A DNA stretch of 62,501 bases, the filler included, from Sphacelaria rigidula (taxonomy: Eukaryota), in assembly GCA_964200075.2 (NCBI GenBank). It is 7 parts of 7 records of this genome, joined end to end, with 100 filler letters (N's around TTAATTAATTAA, not from the genome) between each part and the next. Parts side by side here need not be neighbours in the genome. Positions count along the whole stretch, not along the records: positions 35,774 to 44,616 come from CAXNAA020009962.1; positions 44,717 to 53,559 come from CAXNAA020009963.1; 5 more parts are not named here. The stretch is one strand, 5' to 3'. Of the stretch, positions 38,860 through 51,567 are shown in pieces. The notes below the pieces were generated by a model that was not told the DNA's origin, made no database searches, and saw only the letters and a list, made by a program, of their open reading frames with translations. Position 1 is the stretch's first letter, and each line of letters begins with the position of its first letter. The translations under genes and the position numbers were made by a program.

Positions 38860-39936
38860 AAAGCCGGTGGGTTCATGGGTACGGGCCAAAATTTAATAAC
38901 GCATAACACCAATTTCCAGTAATTTTATCAAAATTATCACCAGCCCCTCTACATTTTATAGACGCATTTTATAACGCGAGCTTGATTCAAGTATTGACTC
39001 CGTCACACTTGTGTTCACCGGCCTCCTGCAGTCCGCAGCCGTAGTACAGGGCCGTGCTGCGGAGAGACGGTATCCAGGACACAGCGGCCTCGCAAGGGAT
39101 GCTTTCTCTTTCTGTATAGGGGTCGGTGTACCCATCGTTTGCTATGAGCGTCGTCGTGCCTGCGGTATGGTTGGGGTGGCCGGGGTTGGCGTTGCAGTCT
39201 CCATTGGCGCTTAGCTTGCTCTTCCTGTATCCTAGACGGCTTTGGATACGGGGCATGAGATCAGACGGTGCTATCGTTGTCGGTGTGCGTTGTTGCATAC
39301 TCCCGGACGGCACAACCCTGAGAAGAGGACTATGTCAGCATCAATGCTGCTGGCTCCCTATTGTTGGCCGTCGTGCTTTTGTTTTGGACGGCTTGTGTTG
39401 ATCGGTGCCGTACAGACAATTTTCACGCGATGCCCAGCGCCTGGTCAGGGTTGGCACATCTTGCGGTGAAGACACAGTCGGTGCCGGGACAGAACTTAGT
39501 GAGATATGTAATAGCGAAGACGACCAAGCACTCCACACACCGAACATCGGGCAGCTAACATCAACATGTTATCTCTCTTGTGTATGCGACCCGGTGTGCC
39601 TGGGAGTACCGCCCCCTGCTAAAGGTATACCGTAAGCTTGCGTTATGACATGGCACTTATGAAAATATCATCGACATACTGTCCTGGGCTGTAGCCAGCT
39701 GGCTTAGGGAAATAAAGCCCAGACCGGGCCTGGACAAAAAAAAGCAAAAACAAAACCCGAACAATTCAATCGTGTTGATCTCTCCGCGGTACACGGGGAT
39801 TAAGCCGCCCACGTGTATCCATCAACATAGAAATCCTGGATATAAATCCGTTCAAGAATGATGGAAAACAACGAAAACATTGCTGATTTCAGTTAAACTA
39901 TTTCATAACAGCCCGTACCCATGAACTCGATGCCTT
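38860..39936. mobile_element. ~1.08-kb non-autonomous TIR element (PIF/Harbinger-like) nested in a fold-back MITE (~38630-40000)
   Basis: TIR core gttcatgggtacgggc / gcccgtacccatgaac; CTG duplicated at 38857-59 and 39937-39; removing the insert restores the right arm of the fold-back. Confidence 0.7.
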
Positions 39937-41604
39937 CTGGAAGGAACCGTCTCAATGAATAGAGCAAGTCATTCCAAGGTGTTGAACACCGCCAGGCTCT
40001 CTTTCAAAGAGTAAAACGACGAAGAATAAAAATAGCATTTTTACAGGAGGTTCTTTTTGTTCGGCCATAAGGAGCGGCCTAAGGCTTAATCCTATTACCA
40101 GAGGTAGCCATGAGTAGGATACACACCCGACGTGCACAGCTCCTGATGAGAGATGCGTAGAGCTATATTTCCCAGCACTTCGCCGAGTGAGCAAGGGTTG
40201 ATCTATCGGCGGGTAGTACTGGCCAGCGATTCCCAGCAGGGTGGCTATCACGCGCAAGGTGCGTCGGCGTTGTTGCGCGGTCGAAACGCGGACTGTCTCT
40301 CGCACGAGAAAGAGCGGCAGAAGCAGCGGCAGCAGCAGTATTGAAACCGGCTGATTCAGCCCCAACCCCAACGGTATACATCTGCTGGTAGTAATGCTGC
40401 TGCTGCTGCTGCTTCTCCTTCTCGTGCGGGAGGCGGCCCGCGTCTCGGCTTGCGGCAATATCCATACTGTACACCTTGAACGTAATTGCCGCCTTGCTAG
40501 AAATCGCGGCTCTGTTCGCGAGCATTTTCAGTACGGATCACTTATTTTCCCCGTAGATAGGAATGGCGCCCCGTTTCTCGCGATAGAGTAGTTGTGAACT
40601 GTTACTTCACGATCACTCTCATCATTTCCTTCTAACTTTGTTTTTGCTTATTGGCACACGACCTGAGCAGCACGGCAGTGTATGTGTCATGTGCGCAGAA
40701 TGCCCTCTGGCGTGCTCTTCGGAGGGGCCGGTTCACCTTCCACAGATAGGGGTAACTCAAAGTGAATCAAACTATTCTCGGGCGAAGCGCGATTACGGCC
40801 AAGCGTTTGAAAATCGCCACTCGGCAAAAATCGAGCACCCACCCGAAATCAGGGGAAGAACTATTGCATGGGACATGTCCTGTACCCCAATGTGCTGCAG
40901 CACAAACACACTCATGCTCTGTCTCGTGCGCTGTAGCTGTCGCTGCGCTGCGGTGTCTTCAGACCTTCGTGAAGACGGATTGATCTCCGCTGGGACTGCC
41001 TGAGTCGCTTCATTGTCATTGCGTTCGTCTCCATGGAAAATAACGCTGTCGGCACGCAGTGCTGTCTACACACTGTTGAAACCTTCATGGTGTGTTGGCT
41101 GCTTTGTCTTGAGCCAAACGAACGAGGCGCTTCCCAAACCCATCATTTCTATGCTGTAGTTGTCGCGGTGCTGTTATGCATCTAAACACTTTACCACGAG
41201 CACGGTGCAATGTGCGCTGGAGAGTGCCTGAACAGCTGTCCTGCTGGATGTCGTGTTTCGGCCTGCACGTAATTGGGGTAAGGATAAGGTGCTGTCCAAA
41301 CAAAGAAAGGTTGAAACAATCGTCACGTGACGGCTGTACAGCTGTCTATTGAGTCTTATCTGGTACTTCAGTTATAGTCGGGTGCTGTGATTGGAGAAGA
41401 CGCGCCAGGCGGGTGCGTGCAGGTTGGGACAAACGAACTGAGCCAGCACGGAGCTGCTATATCCTCGGTGATTGATGGTAGCAGCTGTCTGTCTCCCAGC
41501 GGCGCAATGTGTGGGCCAATTAAAACTACTTTCCCACTCATAAATCACTCGTTTTTCTTGTCCGATTGAAGGAAGGTCGCCGCATTTTGGTGTACATAGA
41601 TCGA

Positions 41605-42065
41605 CTGTAATGGGAGCCGTTCAAAATTCCTGTTCAAAACTGCCTTTTTGGTCCTTCTCCGTCGTTTTACGCCTGGAAAGAGGGCTAGGCGGATGTTGAC
41701 GCCTCGAAATGACTTGCTCTACTCATTGAGGCCGTTCCGGGGCAACCTTGCATTTCCCACTTGCCGCACTTCCATTTCTGGCCAAACACGGATTTCCAAC
41801 AAGAAACGCTCAAGCGATCAAAGAACAGGGGGGAAATTTTGATGATCTGACAGTTTTTTACTGGACATCCGTGCCTCGCCTGATTTGGCCAGAAACAAAA
41901 GTGCGGCCAGCGGGAAATGCGAAGTTGCCCTAGAAGGGCCTCAACGTGTAGATCAAGTCATTTCAAGGCGTCAACATCCGCCAAGCTCTCTTTTCGGGCG
42001 TAAATCGACGGAGAAGGGCCCAAGAGACAGTTTTCGACAGGAAATTTGAACGGCTCCCATTAGAG
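41605..42065. mobile_element. Full-length fold-back MITE (~460 bp)
   Basis: Termini taatgggagccgttcaaa / tttgaacggctcccatta with ~180-bp imperfect arms; same family as 23129-23500 and 38630-40000. Confidence 0.88.
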
Positions 42066-42510
42066 TTGGCTTTCATGACTCTGATTTTGTCGAAAAACCT
42101 TTCCACTCAAAAGTCTTGCCCCCATCTGTGGGCCCAGCCCCGAGCAATGGGATCGTCCCTTTTTGCCTGGCTCTTTTGATTTTTTCACACTGTGGACAAT
42201 GGACACAATAATAGTTCATTGCTCCAGCAATAAACACGGGGGGAAACCCCTCGATACGCATTGCCGAACACGATAGATGTAGATGGGGAAACACATCTAT
42301 TGATCTGCATTGCGAGGAACAATGGATGTTGCGATAGTGGATCGATAGTCTACGGCAGATACAATAGATAAAGATAACTTGCCATCGATAGAAATCGTGT
42401 ACCGCAATAGATTCTGGGTTGTATATATCGATCGCCATTGCCGTGATCAATAGGTTTGGTGAGCCATCCATCGATAGTCATTGCTCAATCTCACGAAAAC
42501 ATTGTTTTTT

Positions 42511-42724
42511 GTGGCCAGCAATAGATATTGGTGGCCTGATTCAGATGATATTGTGACCAGCGATTTACATTGATGGTCGCGATTCAGATGATATCGTGAC
42601 GCTCAATAGACAGTGGTGGGCACAGTTTAGATCCTACGATGGCCAACAATATGTATTGGTGGCTGCGTGGCAAATCCTACTGTGACTGGCAGTAGACATT
42701 GATGGTCGCAATTCAGAGCCTACT
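42511..42724 (+). repeat. Degenerate 43-bp minisatellite, 5 units
   Basis: Units start at 42511, 42553, 42596, 42639, 42682; consensus ~gtgaccagcaatagacattgatggtcgcaattcagatcctact. Confidence 0.8.
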
Positions 42725-44616
42725 GCAACAAATAAAGTACATCGATAGACAACTTGGCCCCTCCATTGTCACGGCAATGATACATCCTGTCCCTTGTCCG
42801 GAATCTATTGTGGCCTACAATAGCTATCGATAGACATTGATGCCAGTCGATTATGACTGACAACGCTCGTTGACAGTAAAATCTTCGACACTACAGGCTG
42901 GACCGCCTAAGAAGCGGACTTTCCTTCAGCAGGTTCTAACTGACGATCTATCGCGAGTTGTGCCTACTATGACACATCGTGGTGATTTGCAAATCAACGC
43001 GCGTCTTGCACTTGACGTAGCACTGCGATTCGACAAGTTCCCATCAAAAGAAATACCAAACTGTAGTCAGCTGCGAAGTATAGAGAGTTGAGGGTGGCAC
43101 GTGCGGCGGGATTAGGGAAAAAACGGCTGAAATCACATTTACGGTTACAGTCGGTTGTGCCGCGGCCGCAAAGTGATGGTGCTGCACAAGTTGTGGTTGT
43201 ACAACAATGCATGTCATACTGTACGAGCGCAAGGTCTGAGATGGCCTGCAGACGAAACCTCCAGCGCCCCAAGGCGTCAGGCTTGAAAACGTCAAAGTTC
43301 CGGCTGAGGTTGTTGTACTCCAAAAGCAAGTGAATCGCTTCTCTGCAGAAAAACACGATTTCACTGCTCAATTTCAAGTCGTTTTCCATGAATCTTCGAC
43401 ACGACATGCATGGGATATATGGGGAGCCCCTACTGATTCCCCCTCTTTATAGTTTTCCTTTCCTCGTGAGGTATTGGTGATCTGAATTTCGGAGCAATTT
43501 ATTCTGGTACAAAAGCATCGACAACTCATTGTAAAAAAATGTCAAGGGGGGACACTAGGGACTTCACAACATACCTCATGCACATCGTGTCGGAATTTCG
43601 TGGGAAAATACTTGAAATTGGACAGCGCAACCGCGTTTCATTTTTTCGTGGCTAGTCCATCTCTACATAGGAACCAGTCTTCGACACGAACACGCGATTT
43701 GACAGCTCAATTTCGGGTCGTTTCTATGAAATTTCGAGATGATGTACAGGATGTATGGGCGAAGATGCCACTCTCTGCTCCGTACATTTTCTTCTTTTCT
43801 CCGTGAGTTATTGGCGACTAAACATTTCAGAACAGATTATTTCGGAACAAAATCGTGAATAACTAAAGCAAAAACAGAAAAAAATGCAGGGGGCCGAGGA
43901 TGGAGTTTTGGACGTCCGTTCAGTGCATTTTTCAAAATTTCACAAAAAACGACCCAAAAATGAGCTGCTATATCGCGTGTTCACATCCCTGCCCGCGTCC
44001 TGGGCGGCCCAGCCTGTATTGCAGCGCCATTGTTCTATCACATAGTTCATTGTCCAGGGTATAGTCCATTGTCCAGGGTATAAGCACATCTTTCCCACAC
44101 ACAAAAGTACTGCAAGCGCTCATGTCCTTCAGAGGGACAACCATGAGTACCAACACCACACCGACCAAACAACTTGAAATTTTTTTTGAACATGTTGCGG
44201 ATTACTACAAAATACAAGCGTTCCGAAATCGTAGAAACATGACGTCACATATATTCGCAAGTAGTATCATCATTTACCCACTGCATGTCCACCTGCGGCT
44301 TCTCTGCTGTACTTGACAGAGACCATCTATCGGTAGGCATTGTATATACTACAATCCTGGCATGTATCTGTTGATATTCATTGCCGTCAGGCCGTTTCTT
44401 CCGGTTCGTATTCTGTTTGGCTCGTATTTTCCACTTTTAGGACATTTGAAAAGGCTTTTGACTCTCAAACAGGGAAAATCGCCACCACACGTCTTGGACA
44501 CTTTGTACCTGAAAATACCTGCAGACTGTGCAATATATGTTTTTCTCGTATTTTTGTCCAGAGGCCGCTCTCGAAATCTCTGACCCAAGCGAATCGGAAA
44601 AGTGGGCTAGGCTCCT

Positions 44617-44716
44617 NNNNNNNNNNNNNNNNNNNNNNNNNNNNNNNNNNNNNNNNNNNNTTAATTAATTAANNNNNNNNNNNNNNNNNNNNNNNNNNNN
44701 NNNNNNNNNNNNNNNN
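44617..44716. other. Artificial contig spacer 5
   Basis: Same 100-nt spacer. Confidence 0.99.
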
Positions 44717-44769
44717 GAGGGAGGGTGGTGGGGGTGGGTGGGGGGGGGGGCGGGGGCGGGGGGGGGGGG

Positions 44770-44803
<34 letters not shown>

Positions 44804-47800
44804 CGCCAGACAGAGAACAGTTGCATACCAAGAGCGTCGGGTTGTGTGTTGCCGTCGGTTTTGTTCCGAAATGAAGGTGTAGGGGTTAATCCATGAAGGC
44901 AACACATTTCCAAGCGAGGATATACGCGCTATGCTACATACACACCCGCAGGTATCTCACGGGAAACAAGCACGAATGAGGTAGTAGTGCAGTCTGCGAG
45001 CGTGGACTGCCGACTTTGAAAATACTGTAAGCGGCGGGTTTTTAGAAGCGGAGCAGACGGATGTAGAAGACATCCACCCGGATATGGGTCGGGAGTCGGA
45101 AGAATACAGGTGACCATCAACAACGATAACGATATTTACTGTACCAAATAAAAAGGATCGCATGAGTGGAACAGCGATTGATCAACAGGCTAGCGACAAT
45201 CTCTCCATCACCAGATAGGCAAACACGACGCGAAGCTTGACCTTCGGCAATTCTGTTTTTTCGTGCAGATAGCCAGTCTTCAGACCGGAGTTGATTAAAT
45301 ATAGACGTGCTCGATTTTTGTACACAACTTGAGAAGAGTAAATACCTTCAGATGTTGAAAGGGGACGTGACTGATAAGCGGCCCTCGACATGAAAGGAGC
45401 CTGAAAATACACGCCTTGCCGTCAAACTATCCACACAGGGAGGTACAACAGTAGGGTCTGAACGGTCGAGCAAAACTAACGTGTATCAAAGAAGAAATGT
45501 CTGCACACGGACAACATGGACAAGAGCGCAGTGATGTTGACATTGCTAGAAGAGGGGAAGGGGAAAGGGAAGGGGTCAGGAGCTCGCGGTGTTCAGTGGC
45601 CAACATGATGGACAGGAGCTATCACGAGTGTAGATGCTACGGCGGGACAAAACCCCAGTGCGGCCAAAGTGACTCGAGCGCGGTGACGTTGACTTTACCC
45701 GTAGAGGGGAAGTGAGGGGGATCAGGAGCTTTGAATGCTCGGCGCTCAGACACTCGACACCAGAAAAACAAGAAGCTACTCAATCATGACGAGAGTGTAG
45801 ATACAGTCTGGTTGCACAAGGTACAGCAAGTGCACCAAACAGGTGCAAGACTAAAAATCAAACAACAGATTCAAGTTATGAACATCATTGAACACACAGA
45901 AACACACACATGATGAATGAGAACACAAACGTCGTACGGCGAGGGGCGACGCATCAACACTCACCCGCGCGCAAAATGTGATGCTTTGAGGAGGGCATTC
46001 GAAATGTTTGGACCTCATCCAAACGGAGCACACAACAGCCCGACAAACGGTCAGCCGATGGGTTTGCTTCGCGCGCCAAAGATAACAGGCAGTGCAACAC
46101 GAAATCACGTAAAATTATATGTACCCCCGCATTCGATCTTCTGCCGCTAAATGTGCGTGGGGCAGAGACAAGGAGTGAAATACGATGTGTGAAAATCACG
46201 AAAACATCCACAGGCAAGACACCAGCTATCCCGACATCCCACGCCAAATGTTCCTCAAGTGATACGGAGCGGAACATAATCTCGCGCTAACTCCAGGCTG
46301 CAGGAAAGGACGGGTATGAAATACGTTGCACCACACCAAAGTACTCGTGCTGTACCGCACGGTACTGCTGCTCGTCAAACCCAGCTGTAGTATAACTCAA
46401 GTAAAAAAGAAGCGCTGTGATGGTAGTGTTCGCATGTGACGGCGTTTTGTGAACACGCGCTCACAGACGGTTCTTTTGTACAGGGGCTTACAAAAATTTT
46501 GCTGACCGTCCATCCCCTGCCTTGCCCAAGGTTGGTTCGAGCCATCTGACGGGACCACCCAAGAATGCGTCACGCAGACAAATCGTAACTCGCTTCCATC
46601 ATCAATCCATCAACGCCGGGGTTCACCAAGTAAGATAACCTCACACCATACGCACGAATACACGAACCTCGGATTGTCGGACCTTCACCCTTCGCCATGC
46701 TTGCTTTCGGGTCAAAGGCATATGGAGTAATTTTGACACCGACGCTCTTTCCGCTTGATTCTTTACAATGTTGTCAGCCTAGTACAGCAGACAACCTGAT
46801 GGACACCACCGAGGAGTAAATGTTTCACACATCGGGCAAAGCGCGAGAAGTAACAGGCGAGCGAGGGACAGGGCGATAGGGTCCAGGCGGGGGAATTTGC
46901 GACTCGGTTTTGAAATCGTGGCCATATGCCACGTGAGTCTCACGCAAACTCGGCCAGCGGATATGCGTTAATTTTACCAGCATAGGTGGCCCTTCTCCTG
47001 ACGCAAGCGACCGCTAATTAGAAAGAGGCGCCACAAGTTCCTCGATTTTCAACTACATCCCGGTGACCGTATAACCCGCTTGATTGTGGAGTACCTCTAG
47101 GATATCAAGTTTTGCGCTCCAACGCGTGATGATGAGCACTGATGGTTTCTTCTACGCATGCCACGACCTTGTATCGTAAAAAAGGAGGAATAGACGCCAA
47201 CTGGCGAGGGGTCAAGTCCCGATTGCACTCGCCATATCTGTAGGGGAACTAGGGAAAAGAGGATGAAAAGGTCGAAGATTCTAAGAATGACATATGCAGG
47301 TCAACCGACGACCGACGACAACTAAATCCAGACCTGAGTTCGTTCATCAGAAATATTCACGAGTGACAAATGCAAAGCAAGCCCTCGAGACGAAAGCGCA
47401 GCGCATCTGCTAATCCTCTCCGACAATCAATTGAACACGCGCATTGCAGGGGATACTACAACTCTCTGCCTTCAACTATAGTACAATAATCTCCGCCCAG
47501 CAACGACAAAGGGCACTTCAAGACCAGTGCACTCTGGAGAAATGAAGCAAGATAAAATAGACGGGAGCTCAAGACTCTGGTGACCTGATCGGGCTGCATC
47601 GATTATAGCACACGTTTTCTCCGAGACGTGAATAAAAAAAATGCGGCTTGCCCGTTCGAAGAGCAAAATACCGAGTGGAAACCAGATACTCGAGAGCACG
47701 AACACGCGCCCTGCTGGACACTCGGTCGGTACGGGGTGTGCACGCGGTGTAAGCGCAGTACGCTCAGCGGGCACGTGTATATTGTGGACCCTTGCCTGTG

Positions 47801-49080
47801 CGGGATCGGGGAGGATTGCGTGGAATGTGGACCGCATCAGAGCAGCACAGGCGCACGCTCTTCGATGGCCAGAAAGAAACGAACACTTTCAAGGTGCCAA
47901 CGGGAGATTCATACATCTTAGTGGGTTATCTCTCTCTCTCTCTCTCTCTCGCTCTCTCTCTCTCTTAAGGGACATACCTGGGTGCTCTCTAGTCAAGTAC
48001 TAATCGTCGTCCTCAGTTAATCAGCGACCATGTATGTGTGTCGAGGGCTCCCACACGAGCCAACAAGGGTAAAAGGTTAAAGCACTTGAATATAATCTGT
48101 CCTGTCTCAATTCGAGTAATTTAGAAGCAGATGACTGGTCGTTATGACCGCATAACAACCGGTGACTGGATTGAAGAGCAACTTCATTTGATATCAAAAT
48201 TTGTATCGCGGCGAAGCGGTTGACTTGAAGTATGTTTTTGTTTTTTCGAACGGTAATCGCGTCAGAGTGATTCCACCGCACCATTATATTTTGTACTGCC
48301 TGTACTTTGTTTTATATCGGCGGGCGTATATCCGCGGGTGCAGGCGGTCAGCATCTCTCATAGTATTTTCCTACCGATATTTTCCTAGCGTGCAGTTTTG
48401 CCGATGAGTATTTTCTGGGTCTTTCCCGTAAACCAGCCTGTAGATCCTCCGCACAAACATTTCATATACGTACTTAGTACGCAGCAACCGCAGGTAGGGA
48501 AATAGAACCTTCGGGTAGAGTGGAACCAGTTCAACAGGAAAGTTTCTAAATTTTGCAGACCCGCCGGTCGAACCAAACCGATTTTTTTATCCATCGGCGC
48601 ATAACAGAGACGGCACATGGCGCACACCACGGCACGCACACCTGCAACGTCACAGATCACACGCACACATAAACCGACGAATCACCACCAGCTGGTGGCA
48701 AAAGCAATAGCGACAGCAGTACTGTAGCACGCAGACCGCCTTTCAACTTATCGCACACGCTTGACACCCTTGATATACTATTCTCCACAGAGAGTACAGT
48801 CCCGGCCCGCACTTAACCCTTTGAGAACCACCCACCCGCAGGAAGACTCGATAAGACTATCCACATTTGGGGTTCGGAATCATTCCTTTGTCACAACACA
48901 AAACGCCTACTCTACAGATCGAAGGATGCAGGGGTGCATATGAGGCACATAGGTGTGAGAGTCATAACACAGGCGCCTGCTCACAGTGCATTAGTAGTGT
49001 GGAATCTGAAGTACTGGTATCATTAGATTTCGCTGCATAATTGTGCGCAGCAGCAGCAGTCTGTAGTGTTGTGTGCCGCA

Positions 49081-50461
49081 GCTCCACGAACCTTCTACAG
49101 CGTACTAGACCTTACAGTTTGGCACCTGTTGAGGGTACGCAGCGTGCATGTGTGGTTTTGCACCATGACTACCGCTGCGAACACGCTTACAGCACGTGCC
49201 GCGCTTATCGGCGCAGCTTCACGTGGGCTATTGTTACTGAGAATTCCCACTGGGCAACACGATTCGCCGCCTTTGAATCGCGGGCAGTACGTTGTCCTAC
49301 CCTCTCCCGCAGGCGCCGAGATCTTCAGGACAAGTGAAAATTGGTTCGCCGACCGTCGTGCGTGCCGTCAACTACTTGAAGAGAGCAACCGCAGTGTTAT
49401 TCCTTTTCACTATTATGGAGGCGGTATTTTCGGAGAAAAGGCGCTCCAACACAGCACACCTGGCGTCTGATGAAACTGAGAGTTGATGTATGTGCGGGTT
49501 GAAGCTGACGCTAAGTGTCGACGCAGCAGTTGCGGCGATCCAATGCGTTTTCGGCGCAGCGTGGCCTGCAACAACGATTTTGCACGACGCTGAAACTGTT
49601 CCGAAAACTAAAACACTTTCTAATGACAGTTCTAGAGAGTGATGATATCAAACCCGTGTTGAGCCAGGGGCATATCTTCCCAGCCTTGTTGTCTGCGGCG
49701 GCCCCCTGGCGGTCGAGAGTGGGACCAAGACGGGAAATTCTCAATAGTGAAGGTTCTCCATATGTTAGAGGAAGATTCCGTTGGGGTTTAGGCGCCGGGT
49801 GGAGCAAGACGGGGCCGCGCAGAGTAGCCAAAGAGGAGAGTGTGTTCAGCCGAGGAGCACTGCGAACCTGCTCCGGCAGAGGGCAACGTCTCTTCTCTTA
49901 CAGTGCCAGAGTTACCGTTCGCCTAATCACGGCGGCGTGAGAATGATAGGAGACGTTCTTGTAGTTTTATTCTCTCACAATCAACCGGATATTCTCCGAC
50001 GTCATGGTTCCAAGTGAAGAAATTGACGTTTCCCTGACAGGCACGCCATCTGTGTTTTGCGGACCTCACACCGTTTTCATTTGCTCTTAGTATGAAATTT
50101 TCGCCACCTGGGCAACAACCTCTCGCGACAGGTATACTGCAGACAGTATCGCAAGTGGTTTGTATTGCGACAACACTTTTTATACTGTGTGCAGTACAAA
50201 TCTAGAAGGCAAATGTCAAGGTAGGCACAGTGCGGAATACCGCGGGGATGAACAGGAAGCATGGGCAGTGCAAAAATATCTTGCGGCAGTAACGCCAACC
50301 CGTACTCCTGCTGCAGTCCCTGCAACACCGTGGAGCGTGCCTCCCGCGACGAAAGCAATTGTGACCGACGCCTCTCGCTTAGACTTGTCTAAGATATTTC
50401 ATGAGCCCGTGGCGGCATTATGTGCGGCGACACTACTACGCAACGCAATTGACTGTTTCAG
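49081..50461 (+). pseudogene. Decayed coding region resembling the C-terminal half of an Academ-type transposase
   Basis: Frame-broken segments in the order expected for the family: GSPTVVRAVNYLKRATAVLFLFTIMEAVF; FCTTLKLFRKLKHFLMTVLESDDIKPVLSQGHIFPALLSAA; RGRFRWGLGAGWSKTG; IVTDASRLDLSKIFHEPV. Resemblance judged by eye. Confidence 0.3.
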
Positions 50462-51567
50462 GTAATTCTAAGCGAAGACAGCGCACGAGTCTTGTCACCG
50501 CTTATTCCGGCGGCGCAGGGATGCGGAGAACTTTAATATACTCGGCGCGAAGTGATGGAAAAAGGTACAGCCGAGGTACAGGCGGGATTTTCATGGCCGG
50601 TTCGGCATCGCTTCGCATCGCGGCATAAATGCACGAGGCACCGCCTGCGAAGGCCGGGAGTAATATTACGGCAGGGGTGCACAGAGTGTTTTTCTGAGGT
50701 TAGAATTGTTAGGAGGTCTTCATCTCATCCCGAACACGAGTTATGAAATATGTTAGAGTACGCGAGGGATTCTGAATGTGCTAGGGGTATCCCGAATGAA
50801 TTTATAGGCGGGGATGCCCGGAGCCATATTCTTCGGCACCTACAACCGTTAGGACCCCCTGAAGCAGACAAGACTGCGGAAAACGTTTACCCCTACCGTA
50901 TCGTTGCTGCCGGAGGGAACCTTAGCCTCTCGTATTATCATGACCCCCCAACGCTCGGGACCCAATATTTGTGGCGACCAGTATTTTGTTGGGTGTTTGT
51001 ATACTCGCGGGGATGTGGATTGTTGGTGAAGCACGGTCAGTGTGCCCGAGTTGTCGTCGTGGTTGTAGGTATTGTTGCTGTCTTTACCTTTTAGACCGCC
51101 CCGACGTCAGGACATCGCTCTGTACCGAGAATATCACTCGGACGCTTGCCGCCGTGAAGGACGAAGAACCCGATCATGGGACGAAATGAATTAAAAAGAC
51201 AAATTGTACGAAAAATAAATCACACAGATGCGATACCAAACAGAAACAAAAATCGATTTCAAGTGGTAACGATACAACGAAAATGAAAGAGAAGAAAATA
51301 GAGGGGATCGTCGGTGCGCGCGCCATCGCTTGGCGGTAGCTAGCCGTGCACACCGCACTACAGCACATGTCGCAAAACGCAACAAAGGTTTGTCGTGCCC
51401 CGCCGTCCCTCGCGCGTATCTCCCAGTCGCTGCGTGCCGTGAAAACGTACCGAAAAAATATAATGCATCGCACCGCTCGATGACTGATACAACCTGGAAC
51501 GAGTGTTACAACAATAATGACGACGCCCCTGCACGGCGGCGCCATTACACTACATGAAAACCCTCGC

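Noticed and set aside
42900..43085. Tc1/mariner transposase C-terminal relic on the minus strand (LTTVWYFF*WELVESQCY)
   Set aside because: Only faint similarity to the SPDL..DFFLWG..K..VY motif, with stops; cannot be supported without a search.
44717..44802. Telomeric or G-quadruplex element
   Set aside because: Irregular poly-G at a contig edge (also 62401-62501), likely low-quality sequence; no TTAGGG-type unit.
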